Shown piece by piece: positions 31,768 through 34,159 of a DNA stretch of 34,159 nucleotides. Source of the stretch: an uncultured Methanosarcinales archaeon. GTDB taxonomy: Archaea > Halobacteriota > Methanosarcinia > Methanotrichales > Methanotrichaceae. The notes below the pieces were generated by a model. That model saw only the letters and a program-made list of their open reading frames with translations. It was not told where the DNA came from and did no database searches. Both the position numbers and the translations under genes were made by a program. The stretch lies in contig CAWJKV010000001.1 in the NCBI GenBank assembly GCA_963843555.1, positions 1-34,159 of the forward strand. Reading direction: 5' to 3'. Numbering within the stretch: the first letter of the stretch is position 1; the number at the start of each line of letters is the position of its first letter.

Positions 31768-32156
31768 ATGACGTATGCAATAGCTGTAAAGAGGGATTTT
31801 GTAGCTCAGCACTACTTGATAGGCGGAGATTGGGGGAGGAGAACAAAAGGCATTCCCATCATTATCAAATCGAAGTGCAGCTGGAAGGAGGCGATCTGAA
31901 TCAGCACGGCTTTTTAGTTGATATTGTGGATGTAGAATCTCATTTAGGAGAGTTGATGATTTATTATAGAGATAAAACTCTAAATGATCTGGCGGAATTT
32001 GCCGGATTGAATCCCAGTCTTGAAAGGTTTGCATTCATCATTTGCAGGACGCTCAGTGATAAGATAAAGGCGCAAGATGTTCGGGTTCTAACTGTAAAAA
32101 TATGGGAAAATGATATTGCTTGGGCGTCTTACAGGCTTGAGAGAGGAGAAAATTGA
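31768..32156 (+). CDS. PTPS/QueD-like protein (copy B), 1-nt deletion near 31835
   Basis: Homologous to 4456..4845. Confidence 0.83.
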
Positions 32157-32171
32157 GGCACCAGAGGCTAA

Positions 32172-33281
32172 ATGCGCATCGGCCTGATGATCTACGGCAG
32201 CCTGGATAGGCTATCTGGAGGCTACCTCTATGATCGCAAGCTGGTGGAGTTTTTGAGAGGGCACCTGGATAAAGTTGAAATCATCTCCTTGCCGGATCGT
32301 AGTTATGCGCACCATCTTTTGCATAATTTCTCCGGTCAATTGTTCCATCAGCTGGCAGGCCTCGATTGTGAATTGTTGCTTCAAGATGAACTGAATCATC
32401 CCTCCCTGATCATGCTCAACCGTAGACTGCGTAAAAAATCAAGCTATCCAATTGTATCCATCGTCCACCACTTGCGATGCTGCGAGGATAATCCTTTCTG
32501 GATAAATCAGATCTACCGTCTGGTTGAGCGCCAGTATCTATCCGGCCTGGATGGTCTCATCTGCAACAGCCAGGCTACTCAAAGGATTGTTGCGGATCTA
32601 TTATCTTCAAGTAAATTATCATCAAATGATTACAGGTCTCAAAATGATCACTGCCTTATCGCAAATCCCGGTGGAGATCGTTTGCATCCCCAGATCAGCA
32701 GGCCGGAAATCTGCAAGAGAGTGCAACAGGAGGGTGCCCTGCGTTTGTTATTCATCGGCAACATCATACCGCGCAAAGGATTGCACGTTTTGCTAAAGTC
32801 ACTGAAAGGATCGCCAGCCAATCAGTTCATCATCAATGTGGTGGGAGATACGGAAAAGGACCCCTCCTACTTTAAGTCGGTTTGCCGGCAGATAGAGCGA
32901 GACGGCCTGGCTGGTGTTGTGTGTTTCAGAGGCATACTGAGCGACGATGACCTGGCCGGTTGCATGAAAGCGAGCCATCTGCTGGTTATTCCTTCCTTTT
33001 ATGAAGGATTTGGCATAGCTTACCTGGAGGGCATGGGTTTTGGTCTTCCGGCCATCGGCACAAATTGCGGCGGGACAGGAGAGATCATCAGGCACGGGTT
33101 GGATGGCTTTCTGGTATCGCCCGGCGATTATGCCGCTCTGGCGGAATATTTGACGCGATTGGCGAAAAATCGGGAGCTATTATTGGAGATGAGCCTTGCT
33201 GCCCTGGATCGTTATCAAACTCAACCCACATGGGAGAATTCTATGGAAAATATTCGAAGCTTTTTGCAGGGTTTGATTTGA
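32172..33281 (+). CDS. GT4 glycosyltransferase (copy B)
   Basis: 369 aa, 6 aa differences from copy A. Confidence 0.92.
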   Translation: MRIGLMIYGSLDRLSGGYLYDRKLVEFLRGHLDKVEIISLPDRSYAHHLLHNFSGQLFHQLAGLDCELLLQDELNHPSLIMLNRRLRKKSSYPIVSIVHHLRCCEDNPFWINQIYRLVERQYLSGLDGLICNSQATQRIVADLLSSSKLSSNDYRSQNDHCLIANPGGDRLHPQISRPEICKRVQQEGALRLLFIGNIIPRKGLHVLLKSLKGSPANQFIINVVGDTEKDPSYFKSVCRQIERDGLAGVVCFRGILSDDDLAGCMKASHLLVIPSFYEGFGIAYLEGMGFGLPAIGTNCGGTGEIIRHGLDGFLVSPGDYAALAEYLTRLAKNRELLLEMSLAALDRYQTQPTWENSMENIRSFLQGLI

Positions 33282-34159
33282 TTGAAATATTCCTTCACTC
33301 GCTATCTTGAAGCCAAGAAAGGTATTGATGATCGCTCCTTAAATCGCCACGTTTGGAATGCACTGGTTCAAAGGCTGGGGAGGATAAAATCCTCTCCTGA
33401 TAAACCTGTACGGATTCTGGAGGTAGGAGCAGGTATCGGCACAATGATCGAGCGCCTGCTGGATGCAAGGCTGCTCAACTCCGTAATTTATACCGCCATC
33501 GATATTAGTGAGGAGAACAAAATTCGGGCTCAAGAGCGGATGCGAGACTGGGCTGCCGGCCATGACATGCGATTCGAAGAGTCCTCTGCGGATAATTGGT
33601 GCCTAGCAGGGAGCGATAAGCGGGTCGAGATCAGATTCAAAAATGAGGATTTTTTTGATTTTGCCTCTCATGAGAAGGGAAAATTTGATCTAATAATAGC
33701 CAACGCTTTTTTAGATCTTGTGGATATTCGGGTCACACTTCCTCTGATGTCAGAGCTGCTCAAAAAGAGGGGGCTCTTTTATTTTACAATTAACTTCGAT
33801 GGTTTGACAGTTTTAGAGCCGGCAATTGATGAAGAGCTTGATGATCTGATCCTAAATCTGTACCATAAAACCATGGATGAACGATTAGTGAACGGTAACC
33901 TCTCTGGGGATAGCCGTTCGGGTCGTCATCTCTTCTCCGGTCTGAAAGACGCTGGAATGCAGATACTCGATGCTGGGGCATCGGATTGGGTGATCTTTGC
34001 AGGACAGAATGGCTATCGCCAAGACGAGGCCTACTTTCTGCATTTTATAATAAATATAATAGGACAGTCTCTGCAAAACAGCTCAGAGCTGGACGCTATT
34101 CGATTGAGTTGACTGGATCTGCAAACGTCATAATCAGGTGGAGAACAATGAACTGATCT
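33282..34159 (+). CDS. SAM-dependent methyltransferase (copy B), frameshift near 34110, cut by window end
   Basis: Homologous to 2413..3330. Confidence 0.87.

Larger units (their letters stand above)
2454..34159. repeat. ~15.8-kb-arm imperfect inverted duplication centred at ~18356
   Basis: All genes recur in mirrored order and orientation. Window end 34159 pairs with 2454. Confidence 0.97.

Noticed and set aside
335..34112. Programmed frameshifting or mass pseudogenisation
   Set aside because: Indels fall at different positions in the two copies, often in homopolymers, and hit essential genes. Sequencing error is the simpler explanation.
2454..34159. Hairpin telomere of a linear replicon, or terminal inverted repeats of a Borg-like element
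   Set aside because: A hairpin end read through would give identical arms, whereas these are diverged. The content is core chromosomal and no protelomerase or replication genes are present.

Overview
Archaeal chromosomal DNA from a methanogen. SepS, aRF1, RpoL and Csl4 are present, and the gene style suggests a Methanosarcinales/Methanothrix-like organism (inference). The first 2.4 kb holds a TPR gene 3' end and three fused IS remnants (ISAzo13-, IS256- and IS5-like). The rest is one ~31.7 kb imperfect inverted duplication, 2454..18348 versus 18365..34159. Each arm carries the same genes in mirrored order: SAM methyltransferase, GT4 glycosyltransferase, PTPS/QueD-like protein, Zn/MDR dehydrogenase, rpoL, csl4, NPPF methyltransferase, a 785-aa TPR membrane protein, aRF1, DUF54, a TIM-barrel protein, translin, sepS, rpiA, a HicB/HicA-like pair and a protein with a 48-bp (16-aa) tandem array. 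The arms meet inside that array at a near-perfect 376-bp hairpin with a 16-nt loop. Outside the hairpin the arms are genuinely diverged, and the divergence is mosaic (~98% aa identity in some blocks, ~85-90% in others). The most economical reading is that two related genomes were joined in assembly through a fold-back read in the repeat. A real inverted duplication cannot be excluded without reads. Many single-base indels differ between the copies and look like long-read errors. The best biological leads are the variable-repeat protein beside a hicBA-like module and the non-canonical pterin/glycosyltransferase/methyltransferase operon.
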